A stretch of DNA of 64,000 bases from Pseudovirgaria hyperparasitica. Taxonomy: Eukaryota. The translations under genes and the position numbers were made by a program. The notes beneath the pieces are model-generated. The model saw only the letters and a program-made list of their open reading frames with translations. It was not told the origin of the DNA and did not search any database. The stretch lies in the NCBI GenBank assembly GCA_010093815.1, contig ML996583.1, one strand, 5' to 3'. Shown here one piece after another: positions 1 through 11,549 of the stretch (positions are counted from its first letter, which is position 1; the number at the start of each line of letters is the position of its first letter).

Positions 1-1540
1 TCTTTTTTTAGATTCTTATAGTTAGATAAAATATATTCTATTTCTCTATACTTATAGTAATAAAGTATACTATAATTCTACTATTTTATAATAGATATTA
101 TATTTAAGTCTATATCTTATTCTTTTCTATATTAAGAAGTACCGCCTTAATTATTTTAGTATCCTCTTAATATATTTCTACTCTAATTTATACTCTTCTA
201 GTACTAATTATAGTAAGATTACTCTTAATTAAATATATTTAATTAATCTTATTTCTAATCTATATAGAGTTCGTCGGTTTTACCTAGAGAGCTATATTTC
301 TTAAGAATATAGTAGTATTTATTAGCTTTCTTCTCTAATTTATATAGATAGTTAAAACTTAATAATACTATTTCTAGTCTTTTATAGATTAATAGAAGTA
401 GTACTTTATAAAACTAGAATATATAAATATTTTCCTATAGTATAGGGATATTATTCTATAGGTTTTAGAGGTATTATAGTAGTTAAGTAGGTATCTAGTT
501 TAGTTATTATACTACGCTTCTTAACTTAGATAGTACCTTTCTTTTATATTCTCCGTCCGTTCTAAGAGTATTTAGTATAAATATAGCTAAATATTTCTAG
601 GTTATTATAGGTAGTAGCTATACTTCCTTCTATCTATTCTATTAATTATAGAATTATAACTCTAGGTATTATTCTCTAAATAAAATATATTATACTTTAA
701 TAGAAAAGAGTAGAGGGTTATTAAGGAAGTACTTTTTATAGTCTCTCTTCTAGTCTTTCTACTCCTTTTAGTTCTTCTCTATAAATATAGTTAGATCTTT
801 AGATTTTAGTATATCTAGAGAAGAAGTAGAGTAAATTAGTAATAAAGCGGCCGGGAGTATAATAGATTATTATAACTCTAATAGTAGGTAAACTAATTCC
901 GCCTAAATTAGTATAGAAAGTTATCTATCTACTATTATTCGGCGTAGTTCTTTAAGAGACTCCTTAAGTTCTTATCTCTTTATAAGAAGTTTTATACGTT
1001 CTATCTACTCTTTAAGAGTTTAAATCTCTTAAGTCTAATTTATAATATATTTCTAAAGTTTAGTAATAGTTTATTATAATACCTTATATAGCTCCGCTAT
1101 AACTTATTATCTAGCTTTATATTATTAGAAGTTACTTAGTATATCTACTATTTCTTTATTAGAAAGTTCTATAATTTAGTCTAATATCTCTACTTCTTAA
1201 TTAGAAATAGCTAGAATTAATACTAATTATAGAGGATCTCTATTATTTAATATAGTATTACTTATTTCTATAGTAGATTATATTAACCTTCTTAGTTCTA
1301 GTTAGACTATCTTAACTATAGTACTATATAGAGAGTAATTTAAATATAAGAATAGAGTTATTAGATAGTAGTATAGTTAGATAGAATAATAGAGTATATT
1401 CTATTATAGAATAAAAATACTACTAAACCCTTTTAGTAGAAGTCTAAGAGTATATATATAAAGGGACGCCGATCTATCTAGTATATAACTATTTACTACC
1501 CTTTATACTACCTTCTAACTATATTAGCTAAGGTACGTAT
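1..1540 (-). mobile_element. Heavily RIP-mutated 5' part (gag + part of 5' LTR) of an older Ty3/Gypsy LTR retrotransposon, truncated by the window edge
   Basis: Minus-strand codons at 59..18 (tac tat aag tat aga gaa ata gaa tat att tta tct aac tat) have exact CX2CX4HX4C spacing once RIP is reversed. The junction at 1323-1350 (actatatagagagtaatttaaa|tataag) mirrors the leader/LTR junction of the outer element at 20763-20790. Its LTR probably runs 1345-1540 and resumes at 21028-21060. Confidence 0.55.
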
Positions 1541-1778
1541 TGTAAAGAGTAAAGACGTAGGATAGTAGTCTAATAGTTCATAGAGAGATATAGGAATGTA
1601 TTTATAGAGTCATCTCACTCTTATACGAGGTTGATTCCTAATAAGTAGGAATTAGTTTATACGGTCTACTTATATAGTAACCTCGCTTAACTTAGCTAAC
1701 TTAACCTAGCTCTAGCCACTACGTGGCTATATAGATTAGAATAGTCTATATAGGTCCGTTATAGTTCCCGTTCTAATA
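1541..1778 (-). repeat. 3' LTR of outer element
   Basis: Starts TGTAAAGAG and ends TTCTAATA (RIP of CCTAACA); aligns end to end with 20785-21022, and the differences inspected are transitions. Confidence 0.92.
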
Positions 1779-2257
1779 ATATTCTTCTTCTTTTTATACT
1801 TCGCCCCAAAGTACTTAAGTATATATAATTCTAAGTCTCTATAATCTATCATATACCTATATATCCATAACTAAGTTCCTATAACGTTATAACTATCCTT
1901 AATATAGGTGAACTCGAGATTCTAGTTTACTTTTATTAGTTTATACACGCGCTTATCCCTTACTTCGTGGCTACTATCTAGGATATATAATTACTACTTT
2001 AGTTAAGTATATATTTAGCTTCGCTCGCCTTTAATTTTATTCTCTAGTATATCTACCTCGCTCTTAAGGTAAGTCGTTAATTCATATACTATCTTCCCTA
2101 GTTTAGGTTTAGAAGGGTCTATAGTGGTCTATTCTTATTAGAACCGGTCCTATATAACCTATTTACGTTATTACGGTTACTAATTTAGCTTCGTTAATCG
2201 CCGTTAAGGGTAGACGAATATTTCTTCCTTAGATCTCTAGCTAATATATATATATAG

Positions 2258-3660
2258 ATGTCTAATACTAGTTCTATCTCTAAGCCTGCCTCCTTCTCTC
2301 GTAAGACTCGCTCTAAAGATATCGCCTCCTCCCCGGCTACGCTAGCTAAGAAGCCTATCTATCGCGGTAGCACGAAGGCGCGCTCTAAGTCGGAGAAGAG
2401 AGTAGCTAGGGCTGCTACTACTACTACCTCTACTACTAATATAGCTACTAGTCGCTCTAATCTAGGTGATCCTAGTACTAAACTTATAGATAAAGTGGTT
2501 ATAGATTCTCCTCTTACTCTAAAGCGCACGCCGTCTACTCTACCTCCTCTAGAGGATAAAGAAGATCTCGTTATAGACGATAATCGCGAGCCCTCGCGCT
2601 TACCCACGCCGCCGCCTTGCCGCTCTTCCTTCCGGTCTAATATAGACTAATTTAGTCGCTCTAGGTTCTTTTAGAACCTTAATATTTACTCTAAACCCTA
2701 GCCTACTAATAATAAGGCCTAGGTCGCCGAGGATACTAAACGTAGTCACGGTTTACGCTATAGAAAAACGGCAAACTATAGTTCGATATACTATAAGTAT
2801 ATTAAGGGCTATATAGCCGGCTCTAAATATCTCTTTTGCTCGGACTCTAGTATTAGCTATTACTCTACTAACCGCAACGGGCCTATACGCCCTATCTTTA
2901 CTCTATCTACCCGCTACCGCCGCTATACCGTGACTAGTAAGACTTATCTATAGGTAAGTATAATAGGCTATCTTAATCTAGTATAATCTAAAGTGGTCTG
3001 CGCTAATATATTCTTAGATTCCTATATATATATAAGATATATATAACGACCTTCGCGTCTACAAGACCCTCGGGGGTCCTTATAGCCGCCTATCTATTAT
3101 ATAGAGAGAGTTTAGGGAGCGCTATAAGCTCTTCCTAGAGGTTATTAAAGTATAAGTTACGAGTATATTAATTATTTTTAATACCTATTGATTTTTCTAG
3201 CCGCCGTAAGATCCCTAGCGCCTAGGCTATCTATTCTAGGGAGTCTATTCTAGCTATAGAGGCCGTAGAGAGGATTCGCTCTATCCCCCCCCATCTATCT
3301 CGCGCTACTAACAGATCTTATAAGAGGTCTACTATTTCTCCCTCTAAGTCGCCTTATAAGAGGGTATATATTCCCTTCTAGATTATTCTAGATTATATTA
3401 GCTAACTTTAGACCTAGTCGCTACGCTCTAGCGCTTAAGGCTCTTCCCTCTAGGCTCTAACGGATTAGGTTATTACTCTAGAGGCTAAGGTCGTCGTCCT
3501 CCGCCGCTATATCGTGCGGTTAGAGAGAACTATACTAGAGGTTAGGACGGATAATAAGATAGAGGAGTAGCTCTATGGTTCTAGCTCTATATATTAGCTC
3601 TATACCTAGCTCTATATATTCTAGATCTACTATAGGTGGTGCGCGCCGGCTCTATTTACC
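2258..3660 (+). pseudogene. RIP-mutated, intron-containing antisense ORF in the 3' region of the outer retrotransposon; Ser/Thr/Pro-rich N-terminus and putative Cys-rich domain
   Basis: The ATG at 2258 frame continues through RIP-type TAA/TAG stops to a GTAAGT donor at 2954, GCTAAT branch at 3002 and TTAG acceptor at 3017. A second intron-like segment lies at ~3364-3417 (GTATAT..GCTAAC..CTAG). 3' end approximate. Confidence 0.5.
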
Positions 3661-4099
3661 TAGCTTTTATCCGTTTTAGTCCTTTTTAGACCGTTTAGAT
3701 ACCCGTTAGCTAGTTTCTAGTAATTTAATTCTTAACTTAATAATATTATATATACGCTCGCTTAGCTTATAACTATCGGTTTCTATATTCTAATTTTCCT
3801 TAAGTTATCTAAGTATGGGCACCATATATAAATTAGTTTATCTCTATAAATTCTATTAGAGTACCCGAACTAGTAGCCTAGTAGTTATTAGTTCGGGTAC
3901 TCTAACCTTTTATATTTCGTATTAAGAGTTTAATTCTATGGTAGGGTACCTTTTTTTAGGTTCTTAGTTCTATGTTTTTCTCGTGTATAATGGTCTATAT
4001 TAGTCTATTCTAGACTCTTCTATGTTATTCTATTATGGTATATCGCGTCGCGTTTCTAAAATGGTTATTTACGCTTTCTTCGTGTCTAGTAACCATATA

Positions 4100-7000
4100 A
4101 CGCTTAAATTATAGGGCTGCTATATAGAGTTTTCCTAGTGCGCGTCTAGATTTCCTAGTTTAGTACTTCGTTCTCTATAGTATCCTTCTTCTTTTTATAA
4201 TAACCGCGACGTCGCTATACTTATATTAATAATATACTATTCTATATCTTTTACTTATACGTAGCTATTATAGAACTTAAGATATATACCGCTAGTTCCT
4301 AGGTGTCCTCGTTCTTAGTATAGTCCTTCTAACGGATTCTATATTTCTAAATACCGTCTTTATTAATTCTATGTTCGATAATATAGTCTACTTCGAACAC
4401 GTCTAGTCTATCTTAGAGTATAATAGAGTGTAACTACACGTTCATGCGGCCATACATATTAGATCGAAATCTTTCGAGTAGTAAGACGTGGAACACGTTA
4501 TAGATTCTTATATCGCTTCCTAAGTCGAGCTCGTAGGCTCTTATACTAATATAACGTTTGATTCGGAAGGGACTAGCCATTTTATAATCGAGCTTCTTAT
4601 TTACTCGCGATATTCGTATATTATAGATATTAAGAAGGACCTCGTTGCCCTCCTCGTACGTCTAATCCTTAGCTAACCTATTATAGTACTTTGTATATAA
4701 GTCGTTTACTTATTAGATTATAGCGCGATAGTTACGTATAGTTTTGAAGATTTTAATTACTAATTCCTAAGCGTAGACGTTCACGTCTATTATTCGATTA
4801 AATTAGACCATCTAAGGCTTAAAACCTATCCTTAGACTACGTCCGAGGTTCGCCTAGAAAGGTATAATATCTATTATACTATAACGACTATTATTATATA
4901 CGAACTCTACTATGCTTAGTAGGGAGGCCTAGTCGTCCTACTCGAAATTATAGAATACGCGTAGGTAGGCCTTAAGCGTCTAGTTCTATCGCTCTATCTA
5001 GCTATCCGTCTAAGGATGAAATACTATAGATATATTTCTATTTATACTTACCATTTTATAGAATAACGTCTAGAATTTAGACGTGAAGGTACTTCCTCGG
5101 TCTATAACGATTCTTTTTAGTATACTATAGACCTTAATAATCTTATTCTAGAATACCTACGCTAGTTCTTTAGATATAATCGTCTTCTATACCGGGATAT
5201 ACCTAGACATCTTTATAAGTCTATCTATAATAATAAGAATAGAATTATAACTTATTCTAAGTATCTCGCTTAGAGATAAGTTAACTATAAAGTCTATAGT
5301 AACGTCTTTCTATATAAAGAGGGGGGCTAAAAGAGGCTATAAATTCCTATATAGCTTATGCCTAGGGGCCTTCGTTCTTTAATAAATCGGATAAGTAGCT
5401 ATCTATTCTTTAATATACTTAGGTATATCTTCCTAAAAATAGTACTAACGAATTAAGCTTAGGGTACATATATACCTAAAGTATTCTACTAGGTTAGCGT
5501 CATAGTATCGACTAACTACATTAAATCGCGCGTTACCCATTAGTATATAGTACTTTCTATTATAGTAAAGTAAGCTATCCACGAAGGTCTACTTATAGTC
5601 TACTTTAGTCCGTAATAACCTATCTTACTATATTTTACGTAACTTTAAAACTATCGGGTCTATCTTCTATAGATCTACGATTAACTAGGCGAGGTTAATT
5701 AGATATTTACGCCGGGTATTATTACCCTTCCCAACAGCGCTAATAAACGGCCTACTAGAGACTTTAGTACCGCGTCTTTAGTTACCGGCTTCGGTCTTAG
5801 AGATTCGATTACCGGTATCGATGTTAGTATCTCGCTAATCGCCTAATAACTTAAAATCTAACCTTATCCTTAAGAGTTAGGCCTATAGCTACTCTAGGAC
5901 CCTATAGCTACTATAATCCTAGGCACCTTCTTTATAGTTAGGTCTTCTTAATATTCTATTAGCTAGATTTATACTTCTAGGTCGATAGTAGATTATAAAG
6001 TAAAAGTTTATAAGCTACTTAGTCTATCGGACCTATTAACGGTTTAAAACCGTTATACTTATAAACCCCTTTAACTTATAGTAATTAGTTAGTAACTCGA
6101 CGTTATATATAGTACCTTTAAGATAATATCGCTACTATTTAAACGACTCTACTATTACTAGTAGCTCTTAGTTATAGATAGTATATCTAGTCTTAATATC
6201 GACTATTTTGCGTGAGAAGAACGTAACTAGATACTATTAGACCTTTTTAGACTTAGTTAGTCTAGGCTAGAAGAGAATACCTAAGATTATAAATTCTAAC
6301 GCGTCGGTTTTAACGCGGATAGGTTTAGTCGGGTCGAAGTACACTAGTAATAGGGTAGTTATAAATGCCTCTTTGATTTTCTCGAAGAAGGCCCTTTCGC
6401 CTTCTAATAATTCTATAGGCTATAATTTAATATTATACTATTTCTATCTACCGCGGACCGTAATAGACGAATCTATAGTAGTAGTGCACGCGTTAAGTAG
6501 TACTACTAGCCGGGAGAAATACTTAACGAATTTTTAGTAGTAATTAGTAAATCTAATAAAGACACGTATATCTCGAACCGATTTTAGTTTAGGCCAGTCT
6601 ACGATAGTAGCGACCCTGTCCCTTTCTATAGTTATACCTTAATTAGTAATAATAAAGCTAAGGAAGTTAACGTGGTCCTAGTGGAACTTATATTTAGATA
6701 GCTTAATATATAGCTTATATTTTTCTAGTCTATCTAGGACTACGGGTACGTGCTAGATATATTCTTCTTTATTATTAGAGAAGATAAGAATGTTATTAAG
6801 GTATACGATGCACGTCGTGTTAAGTAGACCTACTAGCGCGTTATTAATGTACGCTTAGAAGGTTCCTAGCGCGTTAGTTAGTCTAAAAGGGACTACTATA
6901 TACTCGAAGTATCTATAACGGGTCCTAAACGCCGTTTTCTACTTATCGCCCTTCTTAATATATAGGCGGTAGTAGGTATCGCGTAGATCGAGCTTAGTAA

Positions 7001-7370
7001 AGATCTTCGCGCGCCCTAGTCTATTAATAGACTTAGAGATAAGAGGTAGTAGGTAACAATTCTTTCGTATAATATTATTTAGGCTATAGTAGTTAATATA
7101 TAGACGGAGACTCCTATCCTTCTTCTTTATAAAGAGGATTAGAGCTCTAGCTAGAGATATACTAGGTCTAATCTATCCTCGCGTAAGGTTCTTTTTAATA
7201 TATTTTCGGAGGACCTATAGCTCGGGTTCTAATAGAGGGTAGATGGGTCCGTATAGGGGTTATTAACCGTCTTTAAGGTTAATAGTAAGGTTAGTAGATT
7301 AGTATTAAGGTAATTCGGACGAGTCGATCGCTAACGCGATATATTAGTATATTTTATACTAATATAGTAG
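4100..7370 (-). pseudogene. pol: Outer element pol remnant: reverse transcriptase, RNase H, integrase, chromodomain
   Basis: Minus frame reads ..LYGPIYPLLEPEL..ILFIKKKDRSLRLYINY..; YLDD appears as YLNN at 6792-6803; chromodomain YRIR*KDY..EDT*E at ~4280-4345; many TAA/TAG stops derived from CAA/CAG/TGG. 3' end approximate. Confidence 0.85.
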
Positions 7371-7739
7371 TGTAGTGAGCCATCGCCACGTGTGTCCCTT
7401 TTATAAATAGCTGTGTTCCTAGTATAGTAGTCGCGACGAACTCACAAGTATCTCTCCTAGGTATTATAAGTTCTCTTTGAACGCACGACTTCTTATTAGT
7501 TCTCTTTTATAATAGGACGGGTCTATATAATACTCTTAATTAATTCTTTAATAGCTAAGCCTAATAATCAATACCCATAGAGGCCCATAAACGTAAGAAA
7601 AGGTCGAATAGTCGAATATTAGTGATAGGGGAGCGCCGAGCAGAATGACCAAGGAAAACGCCCTCCTTAAATATATAATGAAGCCATGTAATCGAGCTAG
7701 GGACACATACATATGGGGCTGCAGGAGCGGCCTTCTATA
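7371..7739 (-). repeat. 3' LTR of inner element
   Basis: TGTAGTGAGCCATCG...CCTTCTATA; same length as, and alignable with, 18437-18805. Confidence 0.92.
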
Positions 7740-7899
7740 TATACCTCCCCGGCCCATAGAACTACTACCCTTAGTAGTATAGTAACCGTGTAAGAAACCG
7801 TGTAAAGAACGCCTAAAAGAAAGACCTTAATACGAATAAAATGCGCCCCTAGTAAACCTCTCGGCGCGGGTAAACCTTAGCCCGGATTATTAGTCAAGG

Positions 7900-10800
7900 G
7901 CAGCCCTTAACTAATAATCAGGCAGGTTTTCAGGCGCCTAATCTTAGTACTTAAGGTCGCGAGCCAGCTCCTAAAGAATCGTGTCGCTTATCTTAGAGAG
8001 GTTAGATTCCTTCTTATCGGATAGTTCGTTAGGCCTCTCCTATCCGTAGAAGTTCTCTTTAACGTTATCTAGGCCCGCGTTAGACTCGAATTTCTTAAAA
8101 TTAATTAGCCGCTTAGCGGCGCGTGCCTCGTTAAATTCCTTCTAGAACGACCTATCCCTATAGACTAGCCTTTCCTACCTTACCATTTTCTTAAAGGTCT
8201 CCATGAATACCCTCGAGCCCTCCTTAAACTAGGCGTCTACCTTAGCTTTAAGTTATTAAGGACTTACGTTAAGCCACGTAGCTACTTCTTCTTTTACCTC
8301 CTAGCTATCCCATCTTTTACGGCCGACTAATACGTTACTAACGGCGTTAAAACTCGGGAGTTAAACTACGGCTAGGAAGGTAAAAGGAATCGCGCCGTAT
8401 TTATTAGAAAATCCTAACGGAGACGTGGGTCCCGGAGTTAAATTCCTATGAGCTACTGCGAGTTATTCCTATATACCTATTTCAGGCACTTCCATTATCA
8501 TGTAATCAGGGCTAATCGTGATATACCATGGAAGTATCATGCGTCTTCCACCCTTTATAGGACCCTAGGCGCCGTACATTATTAGTGGGCTAGAGATACG
8601 CACTTTAAGGGACTAGTAGGGGACCGGGACGAAGGGACTAAATCGTTTCTTATTGTCCGTATTATAGATCTTATCATTAATAGCCGTGATTATACCGTTT
8701 CGATTGACCCCCTCGCGGAGCTTGGCCTTTAACTACTATTTGTTTAAGAACTTATGGGAGCGGGGAATAATTATAGTATAGTCGTTACTTCGTTCGTCGT
8801 CGAGACTAATACTCCCCTAGATTATATTAAACCCGTATCTATCGCTAGGATCGAGAATTCGATTGATGGCGTTATCGAGATGCTTAAAACCCGTCTTATC
8901 GCCTCTATCCTAGGACTTCGCATAGTACGGGTACGAGATTAGATAGTAGTTAAGATCGGGCCGAAGAGCGACATAGGTAAGCTAGTAAAGTAGGCATTAC
9001 CTAATAAACTATTAGATATAGGAGTGGTATATAGTTCGTAGCCAGCCGTAGTTCGATTTCTTATTAAACATGCGCTAGTAGTACTTATATATATTAAATT
9101 CATCCCTCGCGAGTTCTAGGATACTCTTATTAAGTATAGAGGTCGTCTTTTTTAAGTGGCTTAAAGAGCCCTTTAATGTTAATACTTCCGGTACGTTCCC
9201 ACTCGTCGAAGAGTTACCTACCTATCCTACCGTCCTCCTTCTAAATCATAAATATAATACTAGTAAGGATGGTTTTAATATTAATAACTTACTTCGGGGT
9301 CTCTAGGGCCTAGTAACGATAGACACCTAATGCCTCTATCGGATAAGATAGCCACGCGTACTTCGCGAACTAGGTATAGCGGTCCTTATAAACTTTAAGG
9401 GCCCCCACGTTATCTCTAAACTTATATACTATTTTAAGTCTCGCTACTAGGTTCAAGTGGGACACGCTAATAAGCATATCATTCTTTCTAGCCACGTCTT
9501 AGTAATGCTTATAGTAGACTTTATACGGAACAGCCATATTACCTATCTACGCTTTCTAGCGCACTAGTAGGGCCATTCCCTTAATACTCGTGAAATTCTT
9601 CTTTAATAATATAGCTGCCTTAAAAGTCTTCGTCACTAAAGGCGCGTATTAATACTTCTTAGGCTCGTCCTCTTCCTCGACCGATACTATCGTCTTAGGG
9701 TACGAACTAAGAATAACCGGGGATTATCGTATAGGCGCCCCTGGTAATTACTAAGGGCCGGTAGATAAGGCACGTCCACGAGTAGGTTTTATCGGCGTGG
9801 CCATAATAGGTACTAAAGAGGTTCTCGCATGGCCCGGTAAGGGACGTATACTAGTAGTAGTAGAAGGAATACTTACTTCGAACGGATGACTAGCTTCGAA
9901 GAGATAACGTACTACTAAACTAGGAGACGTGCTTCGTAGAGGGGACTTTACCGTAGGCGTTACCTACGCTAGTTTTAGCGACGGTAAGGTCTAAGGCGGA
10001 GGCAATGCACTTATCTCTTTGATTTATAGATAGTATTCGACGGGCCTATGAACCATTCTACTTATCCGTGACTATTAACTAGCGGGGATAATAAGTCCCG
10101 TCTTATTATGGAACGTTAGTTCATTTTATCGGCTAGGGTAGTTCGAGAGTTACTAGAGAGATAGACCGTCCTTATTACTATCGCTAGCTAGGGCGGTATC
10201 GATATTAGAGCTCTAAAGATATACCTTAATTCCCCTTCCCTTCTATCCCTGGCCGATTTAGAACTATAGAGATACGTTTAACTAGTTCCTCGCTCTCGCC
10301 CATATCCGCATTCGTAAGAGCGCTACTAGCTTTTCCATGAAGTTCTATGTTTACTAGAGCTATCCGAGGGCGGATTAGAGTAACTAGCCGTCGTTATTAG
10401 GGAGGTCTTTTCGCTAGTTTTATAGGATCGCATTTTTAGCTTTTAGGATATGGGAGTTAGTATCTCTTCCACGACGAATTATCTCGTGGACTTCTTTCGG
10501 AATAGAGGAGTTAATCTTTACCTTACTATATCCTATTACGGCTCCTACTTCCTAGAAGAGGTTAACTATGCTACTTAAGAGCTATTCTACGAGGCTAGTA
10601 ATATAAAGGAGATTATTAAACATATCTAGAATATAGTCCCATCGCTCTTACGGGTCCTAGATAGTAATAATTCGGTTAATAGTAGACTCATTTACTTCCG
10701 TAGCTTCTATAGCCTATCTATACGGAGTAGTAGATGGCCTCGATACCACGATAGCCGTTAATGGCCCTACTTTAGTACTCACGACTCTTAACTAGGACCG

Positions 10801-10970
10801 CGTCTATCTTATTAGTACTTAACGATCTTATAACTCTTCATAGGTAGGCGTTTTCTTTTTCGGCGGGGCTATTATTATTATCGGTTCTATCGGCGAGTTA
10901 CGTTCTAAGGAGAGGTAGTTTAAGCGAGGCGGAAGTGGAGGAGGAGGTTTTATTAATTAAGGAGGTATAG
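7900..10970 (-). pseudogene. Unidentified RIP-mutated cargo gene remnant between integrase and 3' LTR of the inner element
   Basis: Coding-like minus-strand stretch with a Pro-rich start and PRRKRKR basic patch (~10845-10970) and splice-donor-like GTGAGT (~10780) and GTAAGT (~9875). No domain recognised; boundaries approximate. Confidence 0.35.
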
Positions 10971-11549
10971 AGAGGTGTAAGAGGGAAGAGTTATATACTA
11001 TCTTAAGTTCTCTTTTATGCCTCCTCGAATGCCGGGTATATAGTGATTTTTATAAATGATCCTTGCTAACGGCCGTAGGCCCGTATACGTGTCGAATCTA
11101 TGAATGAATATATACTAGGTATATAGGAAATCTATGAATGAATATGTCTACCGGGTATATAGCGGAATCTATAAATGAATAGATACCGGGTATATTCTTA
11201 TCCTTATGAGACTTCCTATAAGTATCTTTTTCTCCTATACCTCCTCCTTCTTTTCTTCCTTATTAGTTTCTAATAGGGCCCGTTTCATAGTAACGAAATA
11301 GGCCTTCGATAGGTAGGCTTCGATTATACGACCGGCTTTAATATATAGTAGATGGAATTCGCGTAAACGCCATTATATCTTCTTTCGAGCATTACTTGCT
11401 TTAATAATAAGTTTTATCATTTTATAGTGATGATAGGGTTTATCATCCTCTTTCGATGATAGAGTTTATCGTTCTTTTTCGATGATGGAGTTCATCGTCA
11501 TGAGACTACTTTTATAAGCATCCCTTCCCTCCTTAAAAAAAACTTCTAT

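Noticed and set aside
11521..11545. Purine tract after integrase that looks like a PPT
   Set aside because: No LTR follows it; the PPT adjacent to the 3' LTR is at 7740-7750.
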